From Octopus sinensis (taxonomy: Eukaryota), in assembly GCF_006345805.1 (NCBI RefSeq), contig NC_043000.1, positions 148,304,001 through 148,368,000 of the forward strand: 64,000 nucleotides of DNA, in the 5' to 3' direction. Below are positions 1 to 12,020 of the stretch, piece after piece; the stretch's first letter is position 1; each line of letters begins with the position of its first letter. Position numbers and translations under genes: made by a program. The notes under the pieces were generated by a model. The model saw nothing but the letters and a program-made list of their open reading frames with translations. It was not told the DNA's origin and did no database searches.

Positions 1-204
1 CTGCTTTGGTATGGTTTCTGCAGTTGGATGCCCTACCTCTCACAAACCACTTTACAGTGCTTTTTTTTGTGACATCAGCACTCCTGAGATCACCATGTAG
101 CTTGCAGGTCGACAAACTCAAACAGGAAGGATGCTGCGCCTTTAAGGGGTTAAGGAAGAAATTGAGGGAAAGCAGGTTCTTGTAGGGGCATTATATGGCT
201 ACTC

Positions 205-690
205 ACGTTTAGGAGGAAAAGTGAGAATGAATTGATGGTATCTCAGGTGAGAGGATTAATAGTGTGTGGTGGGTTTGCAAGAATGTGAGGGGGATAATAG
301 GGGAAATGAAAGAGAGGTAGGCAATATCTGTAAAGATTGGAAAGGTTAAAGGGAAGGGGTACACAAGTTGGGGAGGTAAGAGGACTATTAGCAACAGGGT
401 AGTAATGATACTATTGACAGGAGGAGAAGAGAGATAACATGTTTGGATAGGCTACAAGAGCAGAAAAAAAGAGATAAACAGCATTGTGCATGAGAGATAA
501 TTTTGTGGTTCAGGGATGGTGGGGATGGGATAGCCACTCTAACAGGTGAATGGAGGAAAATATTAATGGATGAATAATGGTGAACAAGTGAGGTGATTCT
601 GGATAGTAAGAGAGAAAAGTGGTAGGGAAGGGCGAAAGAGCTGTAGTGGGGAAGCGAGGTGTGTATGTGTGTGTTTGAGAGGTGAGGGCA
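205..690 (-). repeat. Degraded dispersed repeat, inverted copy of the 13.5-13.9 kb element (possibly Penelope-derived)
   Basis: atggctactcacgtttagga at ~205 is the near reverse complement of tctaaatgtgagtagccat at ~13910; similar purine-skewed composition throughout. Confidence 0.5.
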
Positions 691-927
691 GAAGCAACAT
701 GAAGAGGGTACTGATATGCTCTCACACATGTGTGTGTGTGCATATATGTATATATGTGTACACACACACACACCTCCAAAAGTCAGTTTCAACATGATGG
801 GTGGGTTTTCATGAAGACCTTGCATTACCAGATATCCAAGTCCTTTGGACACTGAGCTTCACGGAGGAAATGACAGAGGCCAGCATTCACCACTTCCTCT
901 CATATCTTCCTGGATTTTCCTCCTCCT

Positions 928-1190
928 CATCATCATCATTGTTTAACGTCCGTTCTCCATGCTAGCATGGGTTAGACGGTTCGACCGGGATCTGGGAAGC
1001 CAGAAGGCTGCACCAGGCTCCAGTCTGATCTGGCAGTGTTTCTACAGCTGGATGTCCTTCCTAACGCCAACCACTCCATGAGTGTAGTGGGTGCTTTTTA
1101 CGTGCCACTGGCACAGGTGCCAGGCGAGTCTGGCAATGGCCACAATCGGATTGGTGCTTTTTACGTGCCACCGGCACGGAAGCCAGTCAA
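928..1190 (-). mobile_element. SINE family D (RTE-type 3' tail ending in (GAT)n)
   Basis: (CAT)n + gtttaacgtccgttctccatgctagcatgggtt... shared with about 10 other copies in the window. Confidence 0.85.
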
Positions 1191-1382
1191 GACATAACCA
1201 GCACTCCTTCATACAGCTATCCTTATCCATACACATCGTGTGTTCATGCCAGCACAGTCTTCATTCTTGCACAATATGTTTGATTCCTCTCATGCCCAGT
1301 CTTACTTTCAGTACATACTATGTTGTTCATGCACACTTACATTGCACATCATTGCCATACTAGGAAAATGGTATCTAATACT

Positions 1383-1619
1383 ACAAAAAGGTGGCCAGCT
1401 GGCAGAAATGTTAGCACGCCGGGCAAAATGCTTAGCGGTATTTCGTCTGCCGTTACGTTCTGAGTTCAAATTCCGCCACAGTCGACTTTGCCTTTCATCC
1501 TTTCGGGGTCGATAAATTAAGTACCAGTTACGTACTGGGGTGATGTAATCGACTTAATACCTTTGTCTGTCCTTGTTTGTCCCCTCTATGTTTAGCCCCT
1601 TGTGTGTAATAAAGAAATA
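1383..1619 (+). mobile_element. tRNA-derived SINE family C
   Basis: gctggcagaa A-box-like and gagttcaaattcc B-box motifs; 13-bp TSD ggtatctaatact at 1370-1382 and 1620-1632. Confidence 0.9.
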
Positions 1620-1699
1620 GGTATCTAATACTTCTTCCAGGCACAAATCAAATTGTATCTCATCTAGATCTATCCTCTCACAAATCAAATGTGCAATAT

Positions 1700-2290
1700 C
1701 TCTTTGTAACCTTCATAACCTGATCCAATTATTTAATTCCTTTATAACTGCTTCTCTCTAAGATGTCACCTTTGCCTCTGTAGCGATTTACAATAACACT
1801 GCTCCACCAGTCATTAGGTATGACTCCTTGTATAACTTGATTTACTATCCAGTTGGTACTCCTGTATCCTAACTCACCAGATGTTTTGAGCATCTCCGCA
1901 ACCATCCCAGATTAGTAGCATAGTCGCTGAACTCTGGACTCTCAGTAGGGTCAGTACAAAAGGTAGCCCCTCTTCACCACATGCAATCCCTACATTCAAT
2001 ATCCTCTCATAGCACTTCCTTGTCATTTTCTTATCTTCCATATCAGTGGCAAATATACCTTCATTCTGAATACTCTTACCAATGAAATCTCAGATCTCTC
2101 TCTCTGTCTCTCACACACACACTTGCAATCCTGAACATTTCACACTTCTGATCCTCATGCTGAAAGACGTGCAAATCTCTTCCTCTCTGCCTCACCCTCA
2201 GCCAAGTATAACTGTCACCTACTTGCTCTTCTGGCCACTTGATAATGTTACCTTCTATCCACTACCATCCAGGTTTATCATGCCTGCTTC
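1700..2290 (-). pseudogene. Heavily degraded RTE-clade LINE ORF fragment
   Basis: Minus-strand translation gives interrupted peptides such as KCYERILNVGIACGEEGLP that resemble RTE ORF segments; stops and frameshifts present. Confidence 0.5.
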
Positions 2291-2846
2291 TTAAGTCTTT
2301 ACTGTCCTATCAACTGAATTATTCCACCACCATGTTTCATTTGGCTTGGTTGGGACTTTGCTCCAGCCAAATGTCTGCTCAGTGGCCCTGAGCAAATAAG
2401 CACACACACACACTGAGTATAACAATGAAAATAACAAAGGTCTTAAAGACTTATAATTAGTTGTTTTATGCATTTTTGTATGTTTTAACCAAATAATGAT
2501 AGATGTCAAAATCTCTAAGTAACTGTCCCAAAAGGATTAACATTCCAAGAAGTAGCTTATTGGTGAGAATGAAGGGAATTAGGATTTATTCTAGTCACAG
2601 TCCACTAATTTTCGATTTAAAATGTTCACAGTATTAACGAGACATATTTTAATGAACTGTATTTTCATAACCATATATAATTAGAAACAACACTTGAAGA
2701 GAAAAATGTCAAGAATTTGTTGTTGTTAGCTTTAGTTCAGCTCATATTGAAAACTTACAAGCAAAAGGCAGACGTATAATAAAAGACATTCCAGCCTTGA
2801 TCATCCCATTTTTTTTTTTTTAGACAGTGTAACTAAGAGTAATGTT

Positions 2847-3187
2847 CTATCTATCTATCCGCTCAGTCGAAGTCGACTCTCAGTTACTCGTTGGATCAGT
2901 GTCCTCCAGTCAGTTCTATCCTGGGCCGCTTCCCTCAGATTGGCTATGTCCATTCCAGTATCCCTCTTGATGGTGTCAAGCCAGCGGGTTCTTGGTCGGC
3001 CTCTTCTTCTCTTGCCATTGACCATTCCGAGCATGATGTCCTTCTCCAGGGATTTTTTCCGCATAACATGACCAAAATATGCCAATCTATGCTTGGTGAT
3101 TCTAGCTTCTAGCAACATTTTCGGCCTGATCTGCTTGAGAACTTCTCCATTGGTGAGCCTCGCTGTCCATGGAATCCGTAAAAGTCT
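2847..3187 (-). mobile_element. 5'-truncated RTE-clade LINE (C-terminus of RT ORF plus (ATAG)n tail)
   Basis: Open frame 3187->2855: RLLRIPWTARLTNGEVLK...RLAYFGHVMRKKSLEKDIMLGMVNGKRRRGRPRTRWLD, a typical RTE/BovB C-terminus, followed by an atagatag tail. Confidence 0.92.
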
Positions 3188-3299
3188 TATCTAAAGTATA
3201 CTTGTTTAATTCTAGATCAATGCTAATTGACCAGACATCATGATCAAATGTGTGAGACCATCTATCTTGTTAGAGATATGTACAGCTCACCCACTTATG

Positions 3300-3725
3300 T
3301 TCTTGTTTGATGGGGCCATCACAAGTTAGTGGCCCCAGAGGCACCATTGTGTAGAGCTAGCCATCTCCACCAGTACTCCCCATCACTGGCTGTCCCATGC
3401 CAGCTCCTCTTCATCCTCACCGGTCCAGAGGCATGCAGCAATCTGTTCTGATGTTGAGCAGTCCGGTTTCTTCTGGTCAGTGTCATAGCAGGTTAAGGTT
3501 CTTCCAAGGAGATTGCTGATCCTCTGCAGAATAGCTGGATGATGGGGTTGCCATCTAGATGATAAGCCAACATGTCACAGGTCACCACTAGTCTGGAACC
3601 TCTCTGGAAAACCAGCCCACCTAGGGTATCTCAACTAGAAGCAAACCTCTTGAGAGTAATACTCTCTCAGATCTACAGAACATGCAAGCTCCCTTGTGAC
3701 GACAACACCAGACCCAGGAGGTGTA
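3300..3725 (+). mobile_element. Probable RTE-like LINE 5' region remnant
   Basis: gaacc...aaaaccagcccacctagggtatctcaactag...gacgacaacacc resembles, from memory, RTE 5' UTR-type repeats. Confidence 0.35.
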
Positions 3726-3767
3726 TAGCTATTTCATCCAATTTATAATCTAACATATTCAAGATGT

Positions 3768-3980
3768 TACTCTTTTACTTGTTTCAGTCATTTGACTGCG
3801 GCCATGCTGAAGCACCGCCTTTAGTTGAGCAAATCGACCCCGGGACTTATTCTTTGTAAGCCCAGTACTTATTCTATCGGTCTCTTTTGCCGAACCGCTA
3901 AGTGACGGGGACGTAAACACACCAGCATCGGTTGTCAAGCAATGCTAGGGGGACAAACACAGACACAAACATACGCACAT

Positions 3981-4018
<38 letters not shown>

Positions 4019-4178
4019 CGACAGGCTTCTTTCAGTTTCCGTCTACCAAATCCACTCACAAGGCATTGGTCGGCCCGGGGCTATAGCAGAAGACACTTGC
4101 CCAAGATGCCACACAGTGGGACTGAACCCAGAACCATGTGGTTGGTTAGCAAGCTACTTACCACACAGCCACTCCTGC
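3768..4178 (-). mobile_element. SINE family A (tRNA head + CORE-like segment + (TA)n + 3' domain with gagtaaaa tail)
   Basis: Minus-strand head gcaggagtggctgtgtgg (A box) ... gggttcagtccc (B box) ... cttgggcaagtgtcttct; over 15 near-identical copies in the window. Confidence 0.92.
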
Positions 4179-4431
4179 AGTGTATAAATTTAGGGTAATT
4201 TGGCTGCTGTTCTTAACATGTTGAGCAACCATGTAGCCATGTAACATGTTAACTTACTTCCCACCTAAAAATGGTGACAGAAAATCAATTCAGTAGATTA
4301 ATTTATACTTGTCTATCTCTGTCTATAAAAACTTGTTTTATTTACTGGGAGCAAGGGAGTCATAAATTTTAGAATATGGCTATCAGGACTTTGCTGCTGA
4401 GACAACTGTGAGTAAATTCAAAAAAGCTTAC

Positions 4432-4451
4432 TCTGTGTGTGTGTGTGTGTG

Positions 4452-4482
<31 letters not shown>

Positions 4483-4796
4483 TATGTGAGAGTGCGAGTA
4501 TGTGAGTGTGTATGTGTGTGTGTGAGTATGTCAGTGTGTGTGTGTGTGAGTGTGTGAGTGTGTGAGTGTGTGAGTGTGTGTGAATATGTCAGTGTGTGTG
4601 TGTGTGAGTATGTCAGTGTGTGAGTGTGTGTGTGAGTATGTCAGTGTGTGTGTGTGTGTGAGTATGTCAGTGTGTGTGTGTGTGAGTATGTCAGTGTGTG
4701 TGTGTGTGTGTGTGTGAGTGTGTGAGTGTGTGAGTGTGTGAGTGTGTGTGTGTGTGTGTGAGTATGTCAGTGTGTGTGTGTTGTGTGTGAGTATGT

Positions 4797-4834
<38 letters not shown>

Positions 4835-5270
4835 TGTGTGTGAATATGTCAGTGTGTGTGTGTGAGTATGTCAGTGTGTGTGTGTGTGTGTGTGTGAATA
4901 TGTCAGTGTGTGTGTGTGTGAGTATGTCAGTGTGTGAGTGTGTGTGTGAGTGTGTCAGTGTGTGTGTGTGTGAGTGTGATAGTGTGTGAGCATGTGATAG
5001 TGTGTGTATGAGTGTGTGTGTGAGCGCATGCATGTGTGTGAGTGCATGTGCATGTGTGAGTGTCTGCATGCATGAGTGCAAGTGTGTGAGTGAGTGCCTG
5101 TGAGAGAGTGTGTGTATGAGAGCGCACGCGTGTGTGAAAGCGATTGTGCATGTGTGTGTAAGAGCATGCATCTGAGAGCATGTGTGTGTGCCTGTGAGAG
5201 CATGTTTGAGAACATGAGAGCACGCGTGTGTGTGTGTGTGTGTGTGTGAGAACATGCATGTGTGTGTGAT
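4432..5270. repeat. Compound (GT)n satellite with recurring GAGTATGTCA core
   Basis: gagtatgtca separated by variable (gt)n about 14 times between 4.5 and 4.95 kb, grading into a degenerate GT/GCAT tract. Confidence 0.95.
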
Positions 5271-6159
5271 TGATTGGTTGATTGTTAAAAAGAGAAAGAA
5301 TATATAAAATAAGAGAAAACTGTATCAAGAGTACCAATAAAATTGTGCCTGAACAAAGATCATTTTGGATCTTTGCAGAGACTTATTAACCAAAATAGCT
5401 GATGTGGCATTTAACAAGGTATAACTGTTGAACCGAACCTACATAAAAACAAGTTTAGCTTAACATTTCTACATCTAATGCCAAAAATACTTATTCTTTA
5501 TCTCTGCATTGAAGATTGTTTTCATAGACCAACAACGAACATCTTAAGCACTTAGTGACACTTCTACAAGATATCTAAATCTGAATGTAGGATCCTTTAC
5601 AATAACGGTCTTGTATGAAGAAACACCAAAGAAACTCATTTCATATCAAAGGTCACTCAACAACTTCTTGAGTGACCTCTGGCATGATTAATTCTACATG
5701 CAATTATGCAAAATAAATTACATCGGGGAGGAAAAAAAACCTTGATGTATAAACACATGCATTCAGTAAACGGAACAAACTGGAATATGGACAATAAAAC
5801 ATTTGTCAGTGAAGAGAAGTTTTTTTTTTTTTTAACAGGGACCTATAAACCTGGTTTAACAGATAAAGATAATATTGGGGGTGGGTCATTTTTAAAAAAA
5901 ATTAAATGGTTTTGTAAGTTTTTGTATGAAGGAAATTTAATTTTCACTGAAGTAGTAAGCTCAGGGCAATAAAAGAAACTTGAAATCGAAGATGAAAATT
6001 ATTATAATTAAAGAGTTAATGAATGGTCATAGATAATTTCCAGGATTTGGCTACATGTGGTATTTTATATAAATTGGGTATGTTATTCTTTTTAGTATAT
6101 TTAAGTTTAATAATAAGAAAGCATGTGAAAAGTTGGCAAAAAAAAAATACAAGAGATGT

Positions 6160-6579
6160 AGATGTGTGGTTAAAGAGTCTGCTTCTCAACCTTGTGGTTT
6201 CAGGTTCAGTCTCAACGCATTTCACTTTTGACAAGTGCCTAATATTATAGCCCCAGGCTGACCAAAGCCTTGGGAATCTATTTGGTAGATGGAAATGGAA
6301 AGGAGCCAGTTGTGTGTGCAAGCACACACGTGTGAGAATGTGAGCATGCGCATGCGCGAGTGTGCATGAGAGTGTGAGTGTGCATGAGTGTGCATGAGTG
6401 TGCATGTGTGAGTGTCAAGAGCTTGTGTATGTGATTGTGCTAGAGTGAGTGTGTGTGCGCGAGTGTGCTGGAGTGAGTGTGTGTGCGAGTGTGCTGGAGT
6501 GAGTGTGTGTGCGAGTGTGCTGGAGTGAGTGTGTGTGTGTGTGTGTGTGAGTGTGCTAGAGTGAGTGTGTGTGAGTGTG

Positions 6580-6624
<45 letters not shown>

Positions 6625-6930
6625 TGTGTGTGTGTGCTAGAGTGAGTGTGTGTGTGTGTGCGAGTGTGCTAGAGTGAGTATGTGTGCGAGTGTGTCCATC
6701 CCCGTCTTAATATCTCATGATGGCAGTAAACATGCATTATCATCATACATGGGATATTGCTTCCATAACAACATATCTAGCCATGGAAAAATATTACCTT
6801 GATTGGAAATAGGTGAGAGTTGGTAACACGAAGGGCATCTTGCCATAAAAAAAAATCTATCTCAATGAATTCCATCTGACTCATGCAAACATAGAAAAAT
6901 GGACATTGAAACAATAATGATGATAATATA
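6160..6930 (+). mobile_element. Old composite SINE: family-A-like head, expanded GT satellite, RTE-type 3' tail
   Basis: Head gtgtggttaaagag...caggttcagtc...tttggtagatggaaa at 6160-6310; tail ...catgcaaacatagaaaaatggacattgaaacaataatgatgat at ~6880-6925. Confidence 0.65.
6310..6700. repeat. Compound (GT)n satellite with GAGTGTGCT(G/A)GAGTGA core
   Basis: Repeated gagtgtgctggagtgagt / gagtgtgctagagtgagt units with variable GT spacers. Confidence 0.9.
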
Positions 6931-7066
6931 GAATGTTTTTAGGTAGATTAATACCAGCATGAAAGGTAGATGTAAAATGATGGTGATGAGGAAGATGAAA
7001 GTGTAGAAATGCTGCATTAGTAAGAGAAATTTGGTACAGAAGATGAGCTATTTAAGATGTTTTCAT

Positions 7067-7454
7067 TACTCTTTTACTTGTTTCAGTCATTTGACTGCGG
7101 CCATGCTGGAGCACCACCTTTAATTGAGCAACTCGACCCCGGGACTTATTCTCTTTTTTTGTAAGCCCAGTACTTATTCTATCGGCCTCTTTTGCCGAAC
7201 CGCTAAGTAACAGGGACACACCAGCATCGGTTGTCAAGCAATGCTAGGGGGATAAACACACATATATATATATATATATAGACATATATACGACGGGCTT
7301 CTTTCAGTTTCCATCTACCAAATCCACTCACAAGGCTTTGGTCGGCCCGAGGCTATAGTAGAAGACACTTGCCCAAGGTGCCACACAGTGGGACTGAACC
7401 CGGAACCATGTGGTTGGTAAACAAGCTACTTATCACACAGCCACTCCTGCGCCT
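7067..7454 (-). mobile_element. SINE family A
   Basis: Full-length match to the 3768-4178 copy, with an internal (TA)n tract. Confidence 0.92.
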
Positions 7455-8159
7455 AAAAGAATATAAAAGAATTGTTAACTAAAAGAATATTTTTTGTGTT
7501 GTATAACGAATATATAGGACTATGTGTGATGTAAGAGAGTGAAATGTGAAATATGAAGGCAAACTGCCAACGAAGAATCAACGTTAAAGAATTAACAGGG
7601 TTGATAACTACTGAGCTGAATAATATATAAAAAAGAAAAAAGTGATGTGGGCTGGAATAAGTTGCCGAGGAAGTAGGTTGTGGTAGAAATGCACTAATAA
7701 GTAATCACTTCTCTGATTCAATCAAAAATTATTATTATCATTATTATTATTATTATTATTATTATTGTTGTTGTTTTTACATTAGCACTCTCAGGCAATC
7801 CTAGATTGAATTACATGATTTTAAACGCATCAGACATGTTGGAAGTATGATATATTTACTTAATGCCAACCATTCAACAATGGAGCGAGAATATATTCAG
7901 GTGAGCTAACTCAGGCTGAGTTAAATGAGGAATAGTGATTAAGTAGACATAGATGAAAGAGTACTTGTTAACAAGTTCAAAACATAAAATCCAGTTGTTG
8001 GAATCTTGCCTATGTAGATTTACACCTACACTTTTCAGAACTGATAAAATATGTATAAAATTTACTACAAAAGACAAGGCTAATTGTTTTACACATTAGG
8101 TTGGGTGGCTAGTAGTTTTCAACTCAATATACCAGAACTACATACACTACGGGCTAATA

Positions 8160-8550
8160 TACTCTCTTTTACTTGTTTCAGTCATTTGACTGTGGCCATG
8201 CTGGAGCACCACCTTTAGTCGAGCAAATCGAACCCAGGACTTATTCTTTGTAAGCCTAGTACTCATTCTATCGGTCTCTTTTGCTGAACCGCTAAGTTAC
8301 GGGGACGTAAACACACCAGCATTGGTTGACAAGCGATGTGGTGGTGGTGGGGGGGGGAGGAGGACAAACGCAAACATACATATATATGACGGGCTTCTTT
8401 CAGTTTCCGTCTACCAAATCCACTCACAAGGCTTTGGTTGGCCCGAGGTTATAGTAGAAGACACTTGCCCAAGGTGCCATGCAGTGGGACTGAACCCAGA
8501 ACCATGTGGTTCGTAAGCAAGCTACTTACTGCACAGCCACTCCTACGCCT
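8160..8550 (-). mobile_element. SINE family A (variant)
   Basis: Same head, tail and central tract as the other copies. Confidence 0.9.
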
Positions 8551-9422
8551 AATATAGTTGTAAAGAGATAATGTTTTAGCCAGAAGGGGTGTCACTGGCT
8601 TAATACTATAGAAACTTGAAATGGCTTAGCTTTAAGAGATTACTTAGTGTGAAGACAAAATGTATACAATAGGCCAATAGGTTATTAGTTAAAATCTGGT
8701 TTGTCATGTCTTACTTCAAGTACCTTTCACAATATCTATGGCATGTATGAAAATAAATGACTGATAAATGGGTACCCTCTCTACATTGAAAAGAGACGTT
8801 AAATTTTCTTATGTTGGTAGGATCAAGCAAGTTTACAAAATAATCTCTCAACTGTATTTGAGATTGATTCTTCAACATGTTATTTTTTTATTTCTAAATC
8901 ATATCTTCAAACAAATCTCTACCCATTGAATCTGCCATCGTCACTGACAAAACACACACACAGGGCAAATTCAAATGCAAATCTCTGGATCTGTAAATAC
9001 AGAAGCTCAATCTTTCAGCAAACAAAACACACACTGTCTTCAACACTAACAACATATGTCCCAATATTTAATCCCTCTGACAACACAGTACAAAGATGAT
9101 ATTTACAACTTTCCAAGCTGATCAGGTCTTGATAACTCAGGACCTGTAAACATACTTATATTGTTTATAAGAACTTGAAACCACCATATCCATTTCATCA
9201 TTTTAACGTCCAATTTTCCATGTTTGCCTGAGTCACAATTCATTAAGGCAGATTTTCTTCAGCTGGAGGTTCTTCCTGTCACCAAACTTCCCTTGTTTTC
9301 CAGTGGTTGTTTTCTGTGTTTTCATAGAAGATTGGAAATGAATAACACTGTTTGTATGATGACAATAATGTTAATTTCTAACTATTAAGACAAAGATACA
9401 CAAACACACACATACGCATGTA

Positions 9423-9604
9423 CGAGGGGGTGCCAAAAAGTTCCTGGCTTTAAGGCTATCGTGAAAGGCCTGGTTGGAAATCCAACATTCTGAGTTGTTT
9501 TACAAGGCTTAGAAAAAACTGAAGGATTGCTGTAATAACCATAATTAACTGATCCTCCTGTATTTTCTTTTACCCAAAGCCAGGAACTTTTTAGCACCCC
9601 CTCG
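9423..9604. mobile_element. Tc1/mariner-type MITE
   Basis: 29-bp TIRs cgagggggtgc(c/t)aaaaagttcctggcttt with 1 mismatch, flanked by TA on both sides (9421-9422, 9605-9606). Confidence 0.85.
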
Positions 9605-9866
9605 TATGTGCATCTTGAACTCACAAGATAGTTATAAACAAGTGTTATTATCATACAAGCAGTGTCCTTTTTTTATCTCAATCTTCCATGGAGACATGTC
9701 TGGTCATGGGGAAATATTATCTTGCTTGGAAACCGGTTAAGATCAGCAACAAGAAAGGCATCTGGTTGTAGAAAATCTGCCTCAATAAATTCCATTTCCC
9801 CTATGCAAGCATGGAAAAGTGAACTATATATATATAATTTGTTCATGAACCCACAAATATATATAT

Positions 9867-9904
<38 letters not shown>

Positions 9905-9905
9905 G

Positions 9906-10101
9906 GAGAGTTCACGAAAAAAAAAACAAAAGACGAAGACAGGTGGTGTACAAAACAAACAGATGTATTAGTATAACGCTCAGGAATAGAAAAAGTCTTT
10001 TACGTTTCGAGCCTACGCTCTTCTACAGAAAGGGACACAGAGAAAAGAAAAACAAGGAGAGAGAAAAAATTTGTCTTGTGGCTACCGATCTATCATGGCG
10101 A
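9906..10101 (-). mobile_element. Penelope-like element terminal fragment inserted in (TA)n
   Basis: Flanked by TA runs; carries a hammerhead-like motif, a feature known from Penelope pseudo-LTRs. Confidence 0.6.
9997..10032 (-). ncRNA. Minimal type I hammerhead ribozyme-like motif (core variant CUGUAGA)
   Basis: cttt-CTGTAGA-a-GAGC gtag GCTC-GAAAC-GT-A-aaag: perfect stem I (cttt/aaag), perfect stem II, palindromic ACGT stem III, GUA cleavage triplet. Confidence 0.6.
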
Positions 10102-11087
10102 TATATATATATATATATGTAGTTCATAAACTCACAAATGACAAAAGCTACTATACTGTTTCTTCTGATGGAATAAATAAATTGAAAATTGATTTACAAC
10201 AAAGGCACAAAGGCTTAAATTAGTGACAAGCATGTTAAAGTTGATTTACTTGACTACTACTTATGCTATCAACTTGGAAAGATGAAAGGCAATGTTGAAC
10301 CAGGTGGGATATTAACCCAGAATGCAAAGGTATATAACTAAATATTACAAGCCATTGTTTATCACACTGCTGATCCATTGTCCCCTGTGTGCTATCTTGA
10401 GCAAATGTCTACTATAGCCCCAAGGCTGATCAATGCCTTGTGAGTGAATTTGATAGACGGAAACTTTGAGCCCACCTTATATGTATACAATGTGTGTGTG
10501 TGTGTGTGTGTGTGTGCTCCTATCATCATTACTGGGCAACCAGTTTTGGTTTGTTTATGTCCCTGTAATTTAACAATTTAGGCAAAATACCAGCAATTTC
10601 AAAACCAGGGGTTTATTTGATGCCATCAACTCTAGTGCTTGACTGGTATTTTGCTTTATCAACCATGTAAAAATGAAATGCAAAGCTGAATTTGGTGTGA
10701 ATAATAACGATTTATCTCTTTCCTTAATAATTTTGAGAAATTTCCAACTTTATACAAACCTCGAATCTAACTGAACTATAAAATGCAGCTCCCTCATCCA
10801 CTTAGGTTTGTAACCAGGACATAAAACTGAAGTCAAACAGCAGTTAAAAGCCAGAAAATCTTTATATCTAGTCAATCAAAATATCCTTTTTCTGGCTTAA
10901 AATGTTTTGAAAATCATTTTTATTGATTTCACAGTAAATCACACAACCTCTATATCAAAATTTTCTCTTATGCACTTCACACCAAATTTTAGAACTATAT
11001 TTTAAAACACAGTTCCACAAATATAATAACCATGGCCATTTGAATTTTCAACTAAATATTATTAGATATAAGGATAGCATTGTAGTA

Positions 11088-11313
11088 ACTCTTTTACTTG
11101 TTTCAGTCATTTGACTGCGGCCGTGCTGGAGCACCGCCTTTAGTCGAGCAACTTGACCCCGGGACTTATTCTTTGTAAGCCCAGTACTTATTCTATCGGT
11201 CTCTTTTGCCGAACCACTAAGTGACGAAGACATAAACACACCAGCATCGGTTGTCAAGTAATGCTAGGGGGACAAACACAGACACACAAACACACACATA
11301 TATATATATATAT

Positions 11314-11368
<55 letters not shown>

Positions 11369-11534
11369 TACGACAGGCTTCTTTCAGTTTCCGTCTACCA
11401 AATCCACTCACAAGGCATTGATCGGCCTGGGGCTATAGCAGAAGACACTTGCCCAAGATGCCACGCAGTGGAACTGAACCCGGAACCATGTGGTTGGTAA
11501 ACAAGCTACTTACCACACAGCCACTCCTGCGCCT
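11088..11534 (-). mobile_element. SINE family A
   Basis: Full-length copy with a long (TA)n tract at 11298-11360. Confidence 0.92.
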
Positions 11535-11587
11535 AAAGTAAAGTAATAAATAGGAAAGAATGGCTTAAAAACATGGGCCCTTGAGCC

Positions 11588-12020
11588 AGTGTCTTCTACT
11601 ACAGTCTCAGGTCTTGTGAGTAGATTTGGTAGATGGAAACTGAAAGAAGCCTGTCGTGTGTGTAGTAACTTGGGCAAGTATCTTCTACAACAGTATCAGG
11701 TCTTGTGAGTAGATTTGGTAGATGGAAACTGAAAGAAGCCTGTCGTGTGTGTGGTACCTTGGACAAGTGTCTTCTACTACAGTCTCAGATCTTGTGAGTT
11801 GATTTGGTAGATGGAAACTGAAAGAAGCCTGTCGTGTGTGTGGTACCTTGGACAAGTGTCTTCTACTACAGTCTCAGATCTTGTGAGTAGATTTGGTAGA
11901 TGGAAACTGAAAGAAGCCTGTCGTGTGTGTGGTAACTTGGGCAAGTATCTTTTACAACAGTATCAGGTCTTGTGAGTAGATTTGGTAGATGGAAACTGAA
12001 AGAAGCCTGTCGTGTGTGTG
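11588..12020 (+). repeat. 89-bp x5 minisatellite derived from a SINE CORE-like segment
   Basis: ggaaactgaaagaagcctgtcgtgtgtgt recurs at 11635, 11724, 11813, 11902, 11991 (exact 89-bp period). Confidence 0.95.

Noticed and set aside
4767-5337. HT/CV-rich ORFs, also at 6016-6677 and elsewhere
   Set aside because: Microsatellite translation artefacts.
8335-8362. G-rich run as a G-quadruplex or regulatory element
   Set aside because: It is the variable G-tract of a family A SINE copy; there is no independent evidence of function.
9105-9143. Possible terminal exon xPELSRPDQLGKL*
   Set aside because: Weak pyrimidine tract; such short frames are expected by chance in AT-rich DNA.
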